DNA of 64,000 nucleotides from Burkholderiales bacterium (GTDB lineage Bacteria; Pseudomonadota; Gammaproteobacteria; Burkholderiales; SG8-41). Both the position numbers and the translations under genes were made by a program. Each line of letters begins with the position of its first letter. Position 1 is the first letter of the stretch. Of the stretch, positions 19,202-28,446 are shown one piece after another. The notes under the pieces were generated by a model, which saw only the letters and a list, made by a program, of their open reading frames with translations, was not told the DNA's origin and made no database searches. Where the stretch lies: NCBI GenBank assembly GCA_043743335.1, contig JAYTWR010000149.1, forward strand, positions 11,924 through 75,923, written 5' to 3'.

Positions 19202-21769
19202 TTGATACACACCTCAATCAGCAGGAAGGTAGCCTTTGGCGCTGGCGTCATTGTTTTGCTCGCCGTATTCGCCATGGGCACCACCTATTTCATGGCGGCG
19301 GCGGCGATCAAGGCACTGCAAGAGTCGAACGAGCTTTATCAGGCGATGCAGACATCGACCGCCGCCATGCAAGTGGACACCATGGCGGTAGGTTTTGATG
19401 TGCTGCAATATTTCGAAGCGGGCGCGCCGGCGCATCGCCAGTCTTATCAAGAACGCAGCCTACGGCTCGCCCAATTTGCCGAGCGCTTGCTCTCGCTGGC
19501 GCGGTTTCGTGCGTGGCAGGAAATCGGGCCGCTGGTGGCCGAAAAATTGCGGGCATTAGACAAACTCTGTTTAGACCTTATGGCTCAGCGCGATCAGGGC
19601 CAATCCGCTTCGGCGCAGCATGAAAACGTTGCCAAGCTGTTGAAATTACAGCAAGAAACGGTCGAGCTGGTCGGCACTCGTATCAAACCCAAATTGAAGG
19701 TACTGAGCAACGAGGCTGAAAACAAAGCCGGCAACGTAATGATGTGGGTGTTTTTTCTGGCGGGCGGCACGTCGCTACTGCTGTCGCTGTTGGCAGTCTT
19801 CGCGGGCCATTACGTCAGGCGCGCCATTGTCAAACCGGTGCAGCAGCTCGCGGCAAGCGCCAACACCGTGGCCAGCGGTGATTTGAGCCATCGCGTCAAG
19901 CTCACGGCGGACGCCGAGTATATGGCGCTGGCGCGAGACTTCAACAACATGGTCACGCAGTTGCAAATCACCACCGTGTCCAAAACCATGCATGAAGATC
20001 AGGCGACTCAACTACGCGCCTTGCTCGATGGCGTGCGCGATTACGCCATATTTTCCGTTGACGATGAAGGCTATGTCACGAGCTGGAACAGCGCCAGCAC
20101 GCGCATTCTGGGCTATCAGGCCAAAGAAATGGAAGGCGTTTCCTTTGCCCGCATCTTCAAAAATACCACCGAGGCGCGTGAAATCCGCGACGAAGGTTTT
20201 GCAGCCATTAAGGCGACTGGCCGTTTTGAAACCGATACCCATTTGATTAATGCCAGCGGCACGGAATTTGAAGCCAACCTCGTTGTCACGCCCCTCAGCG
20301 CCGTCACCGGTGACGCCAAGGGTTATTCGGTCGTAGTGCGTGACATCACCGAGCGCATGAAAACCGAGCGCCATATCGAGCAATTGGCGACGCGCGATCC
20401 CCTGACAGGCTTGTCCAACCGCAGCATGCTGATGGCGCAAATGTCAGCGGCGATTGCCCGTGCATCGCGCGCGCAATCACAACTGGTGGTGATGTTTATC
20501 GATTTGGATCGCTTCAAGATCATCAACGATACGCTGGGCCACACCGCCGGTGACGAGCTGCTGATCGAGTGCGCCAAGCGCCTGACCGACTGCGTGCGCG
20601 AGGATGATGTGGTGGCGCGGCTCGGTGGCGATGAGTTTGTGGTGCTGCTGTCCGGCGCAACCGGCGCTGCGAGCATTACGCCGATTGTGGATCGCATGCT
20701 CAAGTTGCTGACGACACCCTATCACTTGCGCGGCAATGACGCACAGACTTCCGCCAGCATCGGCATTTGCGTCTATCCCGCCGATGGCAGCGATGTCGCC
20801 ACGCTGATGAAAAATGCCGACATTGCGATGTACCACGCCAAGGCATTGGGTCGCAACAACTACCAGTTCTACGAAGAAGAAATGAACCAGCGCATGTTAA
20901 AGCGCACACAACTCGAACGTGAGCTGCGCGCGGCGCTGGAGAACGGCGAATTCGCCCTGTTTTATCAGCCGCAGGTTGTCGTGGAGACCGGCGCTATCCA
21001 GGGCGCTGAGTCGTTGATCCGCTGGCACCACCCGACGCGAGGATTGGTGTCGCCAGCCGAATTCATTCCCGTGGCCGAAGAAACTGGCCTAATCATCCCC
21101 TTGGGCGAGTGGATACTCGATCATGCCTGCCGCACGATTAAAACGTGGCACGAAAATGGCGTGAATATCCCCTACATTGTCGTCAACGTTTCAGCGGCGC
21201 AACTGAGCAATGATCTGGTGAGCTCTGTGCGCCAAGCCTTGGTCACGCACGGTATTGCGGCCAGTTGGCTGATGCTCGAAATCACTGAAACCATGCTCAT
21301 GGAGCGTGTCGAAGAAGCCATTTTGATCTTGCGCCGCATACGCGAGCTTGGCATACGCATCGCCATGGACGACTTCGGCACCGGGTACTCATCGCTCAGC
21401 GTGCTGCAACGCCTGCCGCTGGATACGCTCAAAATCGACCGCAGCTTTGTCAGCGCCATTGACGACGAGACCGACAACGCGCGCGCCGTGGCCATCATCG
21501 GTGCGATCATCGCCATCGCCAAAGAGCTCAATCTCAGCGTCGTGGCGGAAGGCGTCGAAACGCCCACGCAATTGGCGTTTCTGCGCACCCTCAATTGCGA
21601 TACCTATCAGGGCTACCTCTACAGCAAGCCCATCGATACCATTGCCATGGAAGCCCAGTATTCAGCACCGGCAAAATCTGTGCTGGAAGACGCCCAAGGT
21701 CGCGCCATTACCATGACGGTCAAGGTTAACCTCGAACTCTCTACTGAGGAAATTCAGTTAAGTGTTTGA
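19202..21769 (+). CDS. membrane sensor with HAMP-PAS-GGDEF-EAL domains (TTG start)
   Basis: Two TM helices, HAMP, a PAS region, intact GGDEF (RLGGDEFVVLL) and an EAL domain (ESLIRW, DDFGTGYSS, KIDRSF). Confidence 0.85.
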   Translation: MIHTSISRKVAFGAGVIVLLAVFAMGTTYFMAAAAIKALQESNELYQAMQTSTAAMQVDTMAVGFDVLQYFEAGAPAHRQSYQERSLRLAQFAERLLSLARFRAWQEIGPLVAEKLRALDKLCLDLMAQRDQGQSASAQHENVAKLLKLQQETVELVGTRIKPKLKVLSNEAENKAGNVMMWVFFLAGGTSLLLSLLAVFAGHYVRRAIVKPVQQLAASANTVASGDLSHRVKLTADAEYMALARDFNNMVTQLQITTVSKTMHEDQATQLRALLDGVRDYAIFSVDDEGYVTSWNSASTRILGYQAKEMEGVSFARIFKNTTEAREIRDEGFAAIKATGRFETDTHLINASGTEFEANLVVTPLSAVTGDAKGYSVVVRDITERMKTERHIEQLATRDPLTGLSNRSMLMAQMSAAIARASRAQSQLVVMFIDLDRFKIINDTLGHTAGDELLIECAKRLTDCVREDDVVARLGGDEFVVLLSGATGAASITPIVDRMLKLLTTPYHLRGNDAQTSASIGICVYPADGSDVATLMKNADIAMYHAKALGRNNYQFYEEEMNQRMLKRTQLERELRAALENGEFALFYQPQVVVETGAIQGAESLIRWHHPTRGLVSPAEFIPVAEETGLIIPLGEWILDHACRTIKTWHENGVNIPYIVVNVSAAQLSNDLVSSVRQALVTHGIAASWLMLEITETMLMERVEEAILILRRIRELGIRIAMDDFGTGYSSLSVLQRLPLDTLKIDRSFVSAIDDETDNARAVAIIGAIIAIAKELNLSVVAEGVETPTQLAFLRTLNCDTYQGYLYSKPIDTIAMEAQYSAPAKSVLEDAQGRAITMTVKVNLELSTEEIQLSV

Positions 21770-21790
21770 TTTTATTGATAATTTTAAACG
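21759..21790 (-). repeat. AT-rich junction element, exact core (21759-21771)
   Basis: TAAGTGTTTGATTTTATTGATAATTTTAAACG contains the stop codon of the GGDEF-EAL gene, between convergent genes. Confidence 0.8.
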
Positions 21791-21792
21791 AA

Positions 21793-22512
21793 CTAACGCC
21801 CCCGCGTCGGCGGCGAGCACGCGCGCAGTCGGCCCGCCACACCGGCGTACGATGTCGGCGTGTCGATAGACTGCTGCGCCTCGGTGGCGGCTGCCATTAC
21901 ACGTTCGATCCAGGGTGTCACCAGCGCCTTGGTGCGCTCACGCACATCGGCTTCGGCGTCCTCGCGCGTGGCGTAAATGCGCGCGTCGCCGATTTCCCGT
22001 CGCAGCACGCCCGGCAGCATTTGGGCGCTCGCCCGCAAATGCGACTTCCAGGTGTTGACGTGTTCCTGCTCGTGCGCCCGGATGACTTCACGACGGCAAA
22101 AGTCAGTCAAGTCGCGCGCGAGATAAACCACGAATGCCGAAAATCCTAGCGTCAGCGTGATTTCAGGCACTGCGCATAGCTGCCCCGGCCCGTCGGCCAC
22201 CGCGCGCACGGCCACGCGCAATTGATAAGTGGGTTTGGCATGGGTCAACCCTAAGGTGTTGACGAAGCCACCCGCCGGCTTGTTCGACATTTCGGTTAGC
22301 TTTTGGATGCTAAGGGAATCATCGGATGCCACCACGCGATCCTCAAACTCAACCGTAATCGGTGCCTCGCGCCCGAGGCGCTCACAGCGCTGTGCAAAGT
22401 CCGCTGCAGGCACGTTTGCCGCATGCACGCACATCGATGCGAGCATGGTGCCGACGATTCTCCACATAATTGCGCGAATTAACACAACATTCTTTCTCGG
22501 ATGCGTTCGCAT
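21793..22512 (-). CDS. hypothetical secreted protein with HExxH motif (DUF922-like?)
   Basis: Possible signal peptide (MLASMCVHAANVPA) and an HEQEH motif; family assignment is from memory only. Confidence 0.4.
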   Translation of the reverse strand: MRTHPRKNVVLIRAIMWRIVGTMLASMCVHAANVPAADFAQRCERLGREAPITVEFEDRVVASDDSLSIQKLTEMSNKPAGGFVNTLGLTHAKPTYQLRVAVRAVADGPGQLCAVPEITLTLGFSAFVVYLARDLTDFCRREVIRAHEQEHVNTWKSHLRASAQMLPGVLRREIGDARIYATREDAEADVRERTKALVTPWIERVMAAATEAQQSIDTPTSYAGVAGRLRACSPPTRGR

Positions 22513-22777
22513 GGGCTACCGGGGTGAATCGGTGAACCTTTGGCCGCTACTCGATGTCCGTTGCAAGCGGCGGTCACAGGCTGCCGCATGCGCGCATGCG
22601 GCGTTACGGTAAGTGCTTGTGAAGAGTAAGAAATTTTGTCTCAAGTGTGAATTACTGCCGTAAATTAGTCCGAACGGACTATTGTGTATCTTGTGAGCGT
22701 TGTTATCATTCACGAGTCGATTCGGAACACGAATCGCAATAGTGGCACAAGGCGCTGCGGCACCTCGGAGAGCAAAA

Positions 22778-23536
22778 TTGAATTTTAATAAAATAGCACT
22801 CACCGCCCTCGTAACCTCGGTAACGGCGTTCGCTGGCGCACCCGCGCAGGCCAATACCTACCAATCATTCCTCGAATATACCAACGTCAGTCAGTTCGGC
22901 AGCACCAGCGGTTCGGCCCTCGGCATTCCCAAGCTCACCACGCCTGTCGGCACGGTCACCGTGACTGAAGGTGGTCTCAATGGCAACGGACACTATACCT
23001 ATCTGGATGTCGCTGTTCAGATCAATAGCGGCTTTCGGCTGATCGATGTCGGTAGCCATGAGTTGTTTTCGTATAACTTGACCCAGCCGTCAGCGGTAAC
23101 CATTTCATTTGTCGATCCGAGCAAGTTCGCGACATTTTCTGGCACGCCCTCAACCAATCCGCCTTTTGGCCCGTCGTTTTCCAATGCCGTCACCTGTAAT
23201 ACGGCTAACTACAGTTGCCAAGCCAATACCGGCGGCTCACCGGGCAACCAACTGCTGTTTAGAATCACCGACAAAGCCGGCGGTCCCGACGGGATAGAGG
23301 TTGGCCCGCCAGCGCATGCCGCAACCGCTTTGGTTAATCAATTGATATCCACCGCCGACGGCTGGTGGTTCGCCACCGACCTCGCAAACGCCAATGGCAA
23401 CACGGGTGCCGTCGGTGCACGCGATTTCGTAGTCTTCACCGCCGTACCGGAACCCCAAACCTACGCCATGATGCTGGCGGGCTTGGGTCTGATGGGTTTT
23501 GTGGCCCATCGCCGCAGAAAGCAGCAGGCGGCGTAG
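22778..23536 (+). CDS. PEP-CTERM sorting-domain protein (TTG start)
   Basis: GGAG SD 7 nt upstream of TTG, signal peptide ...AFAGAPAQA, and C-terminal VPEPQTYAMMLAGLGLMGFVAHRRRK. Confidence 0.8.
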   Translation: MNFNKIALTALVTSVTAFAGAPAQANTYQSFLEYTNVSQFGSTSGSALGIPKLTTPVGTVTVTEGGLNGNGHYTYLDVAVQINSGFRLIDVGSHELFSYNLTQPSAVTISFVDPSKFATFSGTPSTNPPFGPSFSNAVTCNTANYSCQANTGGSPGNQLLFRITDKAGGPDGIEVGPPAHAATALVNQLISTADGWWFATDLANANGNTGAVGARDFVVFTAVPEPQTYAMMLAGLGLMGFVAHRRRKQQAA

Positions 23537-23565
23537 CGTTCTGTAGGCTTGCTTCTAAACCCAAA

Positions 23566-23590
23566 CCCCGCTCCGGCGGGGTTTTCTTTT
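23566..23590 (+). terminator. rho-independent terminator
   Basis: CCCCGC-TCCG-GCGGGG hairpin followed by TTTTCTTTT. Confidence 0.7.
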
Positions 23591-23660
23591 GCGGCGGGTC
23601 GTATAATGCACGCCCGGCACTCGACTAACGTTTTTCGAGTTGAGAGTTGCGAGAATAACG

Positions 23661-23680
23661 CTAACTAATTGTTTTATATG
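23661..23680 (-). repeat. AT-rich junction element, variant core (23662-23674)
   Basis: CTAACTAATTGTTTTATATG; the terminal ATG is the MoxR start codon. Confidence 0.7.
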
Positions 23681-24592
23681 ACAAAAATAAACGAGGCTCT
23701 CGCGCAGGTCAGTCACATCATTTTGGGTAAAGAGCGCCAAATCCGCTTGGCCCTAGCGTGCCTGATCGCGCGCGGCCATTTGTTGATTGAGGACGTGCCC
23801 GGCGTCGGCAAAACCACCCTCGCCCACGCGTTAGCCGGCACCTTGGGGCTGGCGTTTCACCGCATCCAGTTCACCAGCGATTTACTGCCGGCGGATGTGC
23901 TGGGCGTGGCGGTATACAACAGCGACGCCGCCCAATTTGAGTTCCACCCCGGGCCAATTTTTTCGCAGGTGGTGCTGGCCGACGAAGTCAACCGCGCTAC
24001 ACCCAAAGCGCAAAGCGCGTTGCTCGAAGCCATGGAAGAACAGCAGGTCACTATCGAAGGCGAAACGCGCAAACTGCCGGAGCCCTTTTTTGTCATCGCC
24101 ACGCAAAATCCCTCACGCCAGATCGGCACGTTTCCGCTGCCGGAGTCGCAACTGGATCGCTTCTTAATGCGTATCGAACTCGGCTACCCAGACGCCGCTG
24201 CCGAACGCGCGCTGCTGCGCGGTGAAAACCGCCGCGATTTGCTGAGTCAACTTAAGCCTGCCTTGCAGCCCGCCGATTTGCTGGCGCTGCAGCGCGAGGC
24301 GCGGCAGGTGCATGTCTCCGACGCGCTGCTCGATTACATCCAAGCGCTGGTCAACCACACGCGCCACAGCGCCGGTTACGCGGGCGGCCTATCGCCGCGC
24401 GCGGCACTGGCGCTGGTGCAGGCCGCGCGCGCTTGGGCGCTGCTGGATGCGCGTACACACGCCGTGCCGGAAGACGTGCAAGCCATTCTGCCGGGCGTGG
24501 TGAGTCACCGGCTGCAAGCCGCCAACGATGGCAGCGGCGGCAGTGGCAATGACGTGGCGGTGCGTCTCTTGGCTGCGGTGGCGATTCCGTAG
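23678..24592 (+). CDS. MoxR-family AAA+ ATPase
   Basis: LIEDVPGVGKTT Walker A, ADEVNRATPKAQSALLEAMEE, FFVIATQNP. Confidence 0.9.
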   Translation: MTKINEALAQVSHIILGKERQIRLALACLIARGHLLIEDVPGVGKTTLAHALAGTLGLAFHRIQFTSDLLPADVLGVAVYNSDAAQFEFHPGPIFSQVVLADEVNRATPKAQSALLEAMEEQQVTIEGETRKLPEPFFVIATQNPSRQIGTFPLPESQLDRFLMRIELGYPDAAAERALLRGENRRDLLSQLKPALQPADLLALQREARQVHVSDALLDYIQALVNHTRHSAGYAGGLSPRAALALVQAARAWALLDARTHAVPEDVQAILPGVVSHRLQAANDGSGGSGNDVAVRLLAAVAIP

Positions 24593-24622
24593 CACAGGCA
24601 CCTGACAGCGCACCCTGAATTC

Positions 24623-25612
24623 ATGTTCGCTGCTTTACGCTCAAGGGCCGCTGCGTGGATGGCACGTCCGCGCACGCCGGAATCCGGCCCTATCGTGCTG
24701 GTGCAGCGGCGCGTGTACATCCTGCCGACGCGTCACGGCATGATCTTCGCCGTGGTGCTGCTGATGATGTTGCTGGGATCAATCAACTATGGCTTGAGCT
24801 TGGGCTTCGTGCTGACGTTTCTGCTGGTGGCGCTGGCCGTTAACGGCATGCTGCATACCTTTCGCAATCTGGCGCATTTGAGCGTGTCGGCGGTGCGTAC
24901 CCCGGCGGTATTTGTGGGCGAGTCGGCGCAATTCACGCTGCATTTAACCAACCCCGGCATCTTGACGCGCCACGCTGTTGGCATCGCACGCGACCGCTAC
25001 GCCCATGCCGTCGAAGACTGCACCGACATTCCTGCGGGCGGCTCCGCGCACCTTAGCGTCCGTGTCGTCGCCGACCGGCGCGGACGCCTGCCCGCCGGAC
25101 GGCTCACGCTCTCTACGCAATTTCCGCTGGGGCTGTACTTTGCGTGGGGCTACGTCCACCTAGATGCCTCGTGCATCGTCTATCCGCGCCCCGCACCGCC
25201 GGGCTTACCGTTGCCGCCAAGCGAGGCCACCGGTGGCGAAGGGGCGCCGCAGGGCGTCGGGCACGACGATTTTTCCGGCTTACGTACCTATCACGCGGGC
25301 GATCCGCCGCGCCACATTGCGTGGAAAGCCGCCGCGCGTGGCCAAGGCTTGCTGACCAAGCAGTTCAGCGGACAGGCTGCTGGCGAAGTCTGGCTGGCCT
25401 GGAACCTGCTCCCGCCGCGCATGGGCATCGAAGAAAAAATAGCCTGCCTCACGCGCTGGGTGCTGGACGCACACGCCTTGCGCATGGCGTATGGCTTGCG
25501 CCTGCCGCGGCTGGCCGTACCGATGGCCAGCGGCGACGCGCAGCGCGAGCGCTGCCTGGAAGCGCTGGCGCTGTACGACACGCCCGAAACATCCGCAGCC
25601 CCGCCATCATGA
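24623..25612 (+). CDS. DUF58 domain protein
   Basis: N-terminal TM pair and DDFSGLRTYHAGDPPRHIAWKA; follows MoxR as in Bat/MoxR operons. Confidence 0.8.
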   Translation: MFAALRSRAAAWMARPRTPESGPIVLVQRRVYILPTRHGMIFAVVLLMMLLGSINYGLSLGFVLTFLLVALAVNGMLHTFRNLAHLSVSAVRTPAVFVGESAQFTLHLTNPGILTRHAVGIARDRYAHAVEDCTDIPAGGSAHLSVRVVADRRGRLPAGRLTLSTQFPLGLYFAWGYVHLDASCIVYPRPAPPGLPLPPSEATGGEGAPQGVGHDDFSGLRTYHAGDPPRHIAWKAAARGQGLLTKQFSGQAAGEVWLAWNLLPPRMGIEEKIACLTRWVLDAHALRMAYGLRLPRLAVPMASGDAQRERCLEALALYDTPETSAAPPS

Positions 25613-27591
25613 ACGCAGTCCAGCCTGCCGCCATCAGCCTGCGCAATACCGTGTGGATTACGCTGACGTTGGCGTTGATTGCCGCACCGCACGCCGAGCG
25701 CCTGCCTTGGTGGTTGAGCCTGCTGGCAGCAGCGTTTTGCGCTTGGCGGCTGTATATCGCGCGCATGCGACTGGCGCTGCCCGCGCGTTGGCTCATGGTT
25801 TTGATCGTGGCCGCCGGATCCGTGGCCATTTTTGTGCAGTACCGCACTTTGCTCGGGCGCGATGCGGGCGTCGCGCTGCTGGTGCTGATGATCTCGTTAA
25901 AGCTGATGGAAACGCGCACCCAGCGCGATGGCATGGTACTCGCCTTCATCGGCTACTTTTTGGTCATTACCAATTTTTTCTACTCGCAGTCGATCCCTAT
26001 GGCGCTGTATTTGCTGGCCTGTGTGTGGCTGATCACCGCCACCATGATGGGGCTGCAATACACCTACACGCGCGAACCCGCCGCTTATCGTACGCAAGTG
26101 CGCGCTCAATTGCGCGCCACGGGCATCATGCTGGCGCAGTCGGCGCCGCTGATGATTGTTTTCTTTTTGCTGTTTCCGCGTGTGCAGGGGCCGCTGTGGG
26201 GCATGCCGTCAGATGCCTTCGCCGGCGTCACGGGCCTCTCAGAAAGCATGAGTCCGGGCACGCTGAACAAACTGGTGTTTTCCGAAGAAGTCGCCCTGCG
26301 CGCCACGTTTGCGGGCCGTGTGCCGCCGCAGAACCGGCTGTATTGGCGCGGGCCGGTACTGATTGATTTTGATGGCCGCACGTGGACTGCCGCGCCGCGT
26401 GGGCTACGCAATCAAATCGAAGTGAATCGCCGCGAAAACCCTGTGCGATACACCGTGACCGTAGAGCCGCACAACCGGCGTTGGCTGTTTGCGCTGGATA
26501 TCCCCGGCACACTGCCGCCGCGCGCGATGATCACGGTAGATCATCTGTTACTGTCGCAAATGCCCATCACCAGTCGTCTGCGCTACGACATGGAGTCGTT
26601 TCTCGACTACACCATCGGCGCGGATTTCAACCCAATTTCTGCGCGCATGCTGGCGTTGCCGCGCAACTTCAATCCGCAAACCCGCGAGCTGGGACAACAA
26701 CTGCGCGCGCAACACAACGACAATCAGGCCATCGTGACCGCCGCGCTCACGCTGCTGCGCGAGCAGAAGTTTGTCTATACGCTAGAGCCGCCGCTGCTTG
26801 GCACGCATGCGGTGGATGAGTTTTTATTCAAAACACGCGCGGGCTTTTGCGAACACTTTGCTTCGGCCTTTGTCGTGCTGATGCGCGCGGCGGGCGTGCC
26901 GTCGCGGGTAGTCACCGGCTATCTGGGGGGCGAATACAACTCGCTCGGTGAGTACTTAATTGTGCGTCAATCCGATGCGCACGCGTGGGCCGAAGTGTGG
27001 ATCGAAAATCGCGGCTGGGTGCGCGTCGATCCGACCAACTCGGTGTCGCCCGCGCGCGCCGAGGGCGGTCTCGCGGCGGCGCTGCCGGACGGCATTTCGC
27101 TGCCGCGTAGCCTGCGTGAAAGCTATCCGCTACTGCATCAGTTGTCCTTGACGCTGGATTCGCTGGCCAATGCCTGGAACCAAACCATCCTCGGCTACAA
27201 CCTCGAAACCCAGCGCGCGCTGATGTTGCGTGCAGGGCTGGAAGACGCCGATTGGCAAACGTTGGTGATACTGCTGATCGCGGCCACCGGCGTCACCACG
27301 TTGCTGCTGGCGCTGTTCATGCTGCGCAACCGTGCGCGGCAGCGCGACCCCGTGCTTGATGCCTGGCTGTTGTTCTGCGCCAAAGCCGCGCATGCGGGCG
27401 TGGCACGGCACGCCGCCGAAGGCCCGCAGGATTTCGCCAACCGCTTAGCCAAAGCGCGGCCTGACATCGCGGCTGACGCGCAGGTGATTACGCGACTCTA
27501 TGTTGGGTTACGCTACGCCAGCACTGAAGCCCCCGGCGAGCGCCATGAGCTACAGCGGCGCGCGCAGCAGTTCACCATAAAATCCATTTAA
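25609..27591 (+). CDS. tgpA: transglutaminase-like membrane protein (TgpA family)
   Basis: ATGA overlap with the DUF58 stop, polytopic N-terminus, and Cys-His-Asp core (FCEHFASAF, SDAHAWAEVW, VRVDPT). Confidence 0.8.
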   Translation: MNAVQPAAISLRNTVWITLTLALIAAPHAERLPWWLSLLAAAFCAWRLYIARMRLALPARWLMVLIVAAGSVAIFVQYRTLLGRDAGVALLVLMISLKLMETRTQRDGMVLAFIGYFLVITNFFYSQSIPMALYLLACVWLITATMMGLQYTYTREPAAYRTQVRAQLRATGIMLAQSAPLMIVFFLLFPRVQGPLWGMPSDAFAGVTGLSESMSPGTLNKLVFSEEVALRATFAGRVPPQNRLYWRGPVLIDFDGRTWTAAPRGLRNQIEVNRRENPVRYTVTVEPHNRRWLFALDIPGTLPPRAMITVDHLLLSQMPITSRLRYDMESFLDYTIGADFNPISARMLALPRNFNPQTRELGQQLRAQHNDNQAIVTAALTLLREQKFVYTLEPPLLGTHAVDEFLFKTRAGFCEHFASAFVVLMRAAGVPSRVVTGYLGGEYNSLGEYLIVRQSDAHAWAEVWIENRGWVRVDPTNSVSPARAEGGLAAALPDGISLPRSLRESYPLLHQLSLTLDSLANAWNQTILGYNLETQRALMLRAGLEDADWQTLVILLIAATGVTTLLLALFMLRNRARQRDPVLDAWLLFCAKAAHAGVARHAAEGPQDFANRLAKARPDIAADAQVITRLYVGLRYASTEAPGERHELQRRAQQFTIKSI

Positions 27592-27605
27592 AATCAATTA
27601 GTTAC
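27577..27605 (+). repeat. AT-rich junction element, exact core (27592-27604)
   Basis: ATAAAATCCATTTAAAATCAATTAGTTAC contains the tgpA stop codon, lies 25 nt upstream of the SDR ATG, and is 28/29 identical to the 28451 copy. Confidence 0.9.
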
Positions 27606-27629
27606 CGTTAATCTAAAAGCTGAATCCCC

Positions 27630-28409
27630 ATGAATCTCGAACTGACCGGACTCACCGCACTCGTCACGGGTGCCTCGCGTGGCATCGGCTTTGCCGTGGC
27701 GCAAGCTTTCGCGCGTGAAGGCTGCCATCTGCACATGGTGGCCCGTACGAGTGCCGATCTTAAGGTGGCGCGCGACAAAATACGCGCTGAAAGCAACGTC
27801 AACATTATCACCCACGCGCTGGATCTCAGCGTGAGCGCCAATATCAACGCCATGGGCAAGCATTGCGACGGCGTGGATATACTCGTCAACAACGCGGGCG
27901 GGATTCCATCGGGTCATTTGCTCGACATTGACGAAGCCCGCTGGCGTGCCGCGTGGGAACTCAAGGTGTTCGGCTATATCAACCTCACCCGTGAAATCTA
28001 TCGCGGCATGTGTGCGCGCAAGCGTGGGGTGATTGTCAATGTGATCGGCGTTGCCGGCGAACGCCTGCGGCAGGATTACATCGCCGGTGGCACCGGCAAC
28101 GCAGCGCTGATGGCGTTCACCCGCAACCTTGGCGGCGAGAGCGTCGATTACGGCGTGCGCGTGATCGGCATCAATCCCGGTCAAATTGAAACCGACCGGC
28201 TGCGCGAGCGCCTCGAAAAGCGCGCGCAAAACGAACTCGGCGACAAAAAGCGCTGGCTGGAACTGGTCGAAGACCCGCCCTTCGGGCGCCTCGCACAGCC
28301 GGACGAAGTGGCCGATGCGGTGTTGTATTTGGCTTCCGCGCGAGCGTCGTACATCAGTGGCACCATTCTCACCGTGGATGGCGGGCGCGCGGTGCGGCAT
28401 GCGACTTGA
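27630..28409 (+). CDS. short-chain dehydrogenase/reductase (SDR)
   Basis: TGASRGIG, NNAG, 259 aa. Confidence 0.85.
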   Translation: MNLELTGLTALVTGASRGIGFAVAQAFAREGCHLHMVARTSADLKVARDKIRAESNVNIITHALDLSVSANINAMGKHCDGVDILVNNAGGIPSGHLLDIDEARWRAAWELKVFGYINLTREIYRGMCARKRGVIVNVIGVAGERLRQDYIAGGTGNAALMAFTRNLGGESVDYGVRVIGINPGQIETDRLRERLEKRAQNELGDKKRWLELVEDPPFGRLAQPDEVADAVLYLASARASYISGTILTVDGGRAVRHAT

Positions 28410-28446
28410 GCGTTAGTCTGAAAACTGCTTTTTATTTTTCAAGCCC

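Noticed and set aside
19021-19284. 87-aa ORF in the hfq upstream region
   Set aside because: It lies in the divergent promoter region and overlaps the sensor gene start. It has no SD and no recognisable family.
25144-25608. 155-aa N-terminal extension of the TgpA ORF
   Set aside because: It overlaps the DUF58 gene out of frame and is Arg/Ala-rich with no TM helices. The ATG at 25609 gives the canonical ATGA coupling and a hydrophobic TgpA N-terminus.
27587-27605. Reading the element as a sigma-70 promoter (it contains TAAAAT)
   Set aside because: There is no consistent -35 hexamer at 16-18 bp spacing across copies. The element occurs in both orientations relative to downstream genes and also inside operons. 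Promoter activity of individual copies is not excluded.
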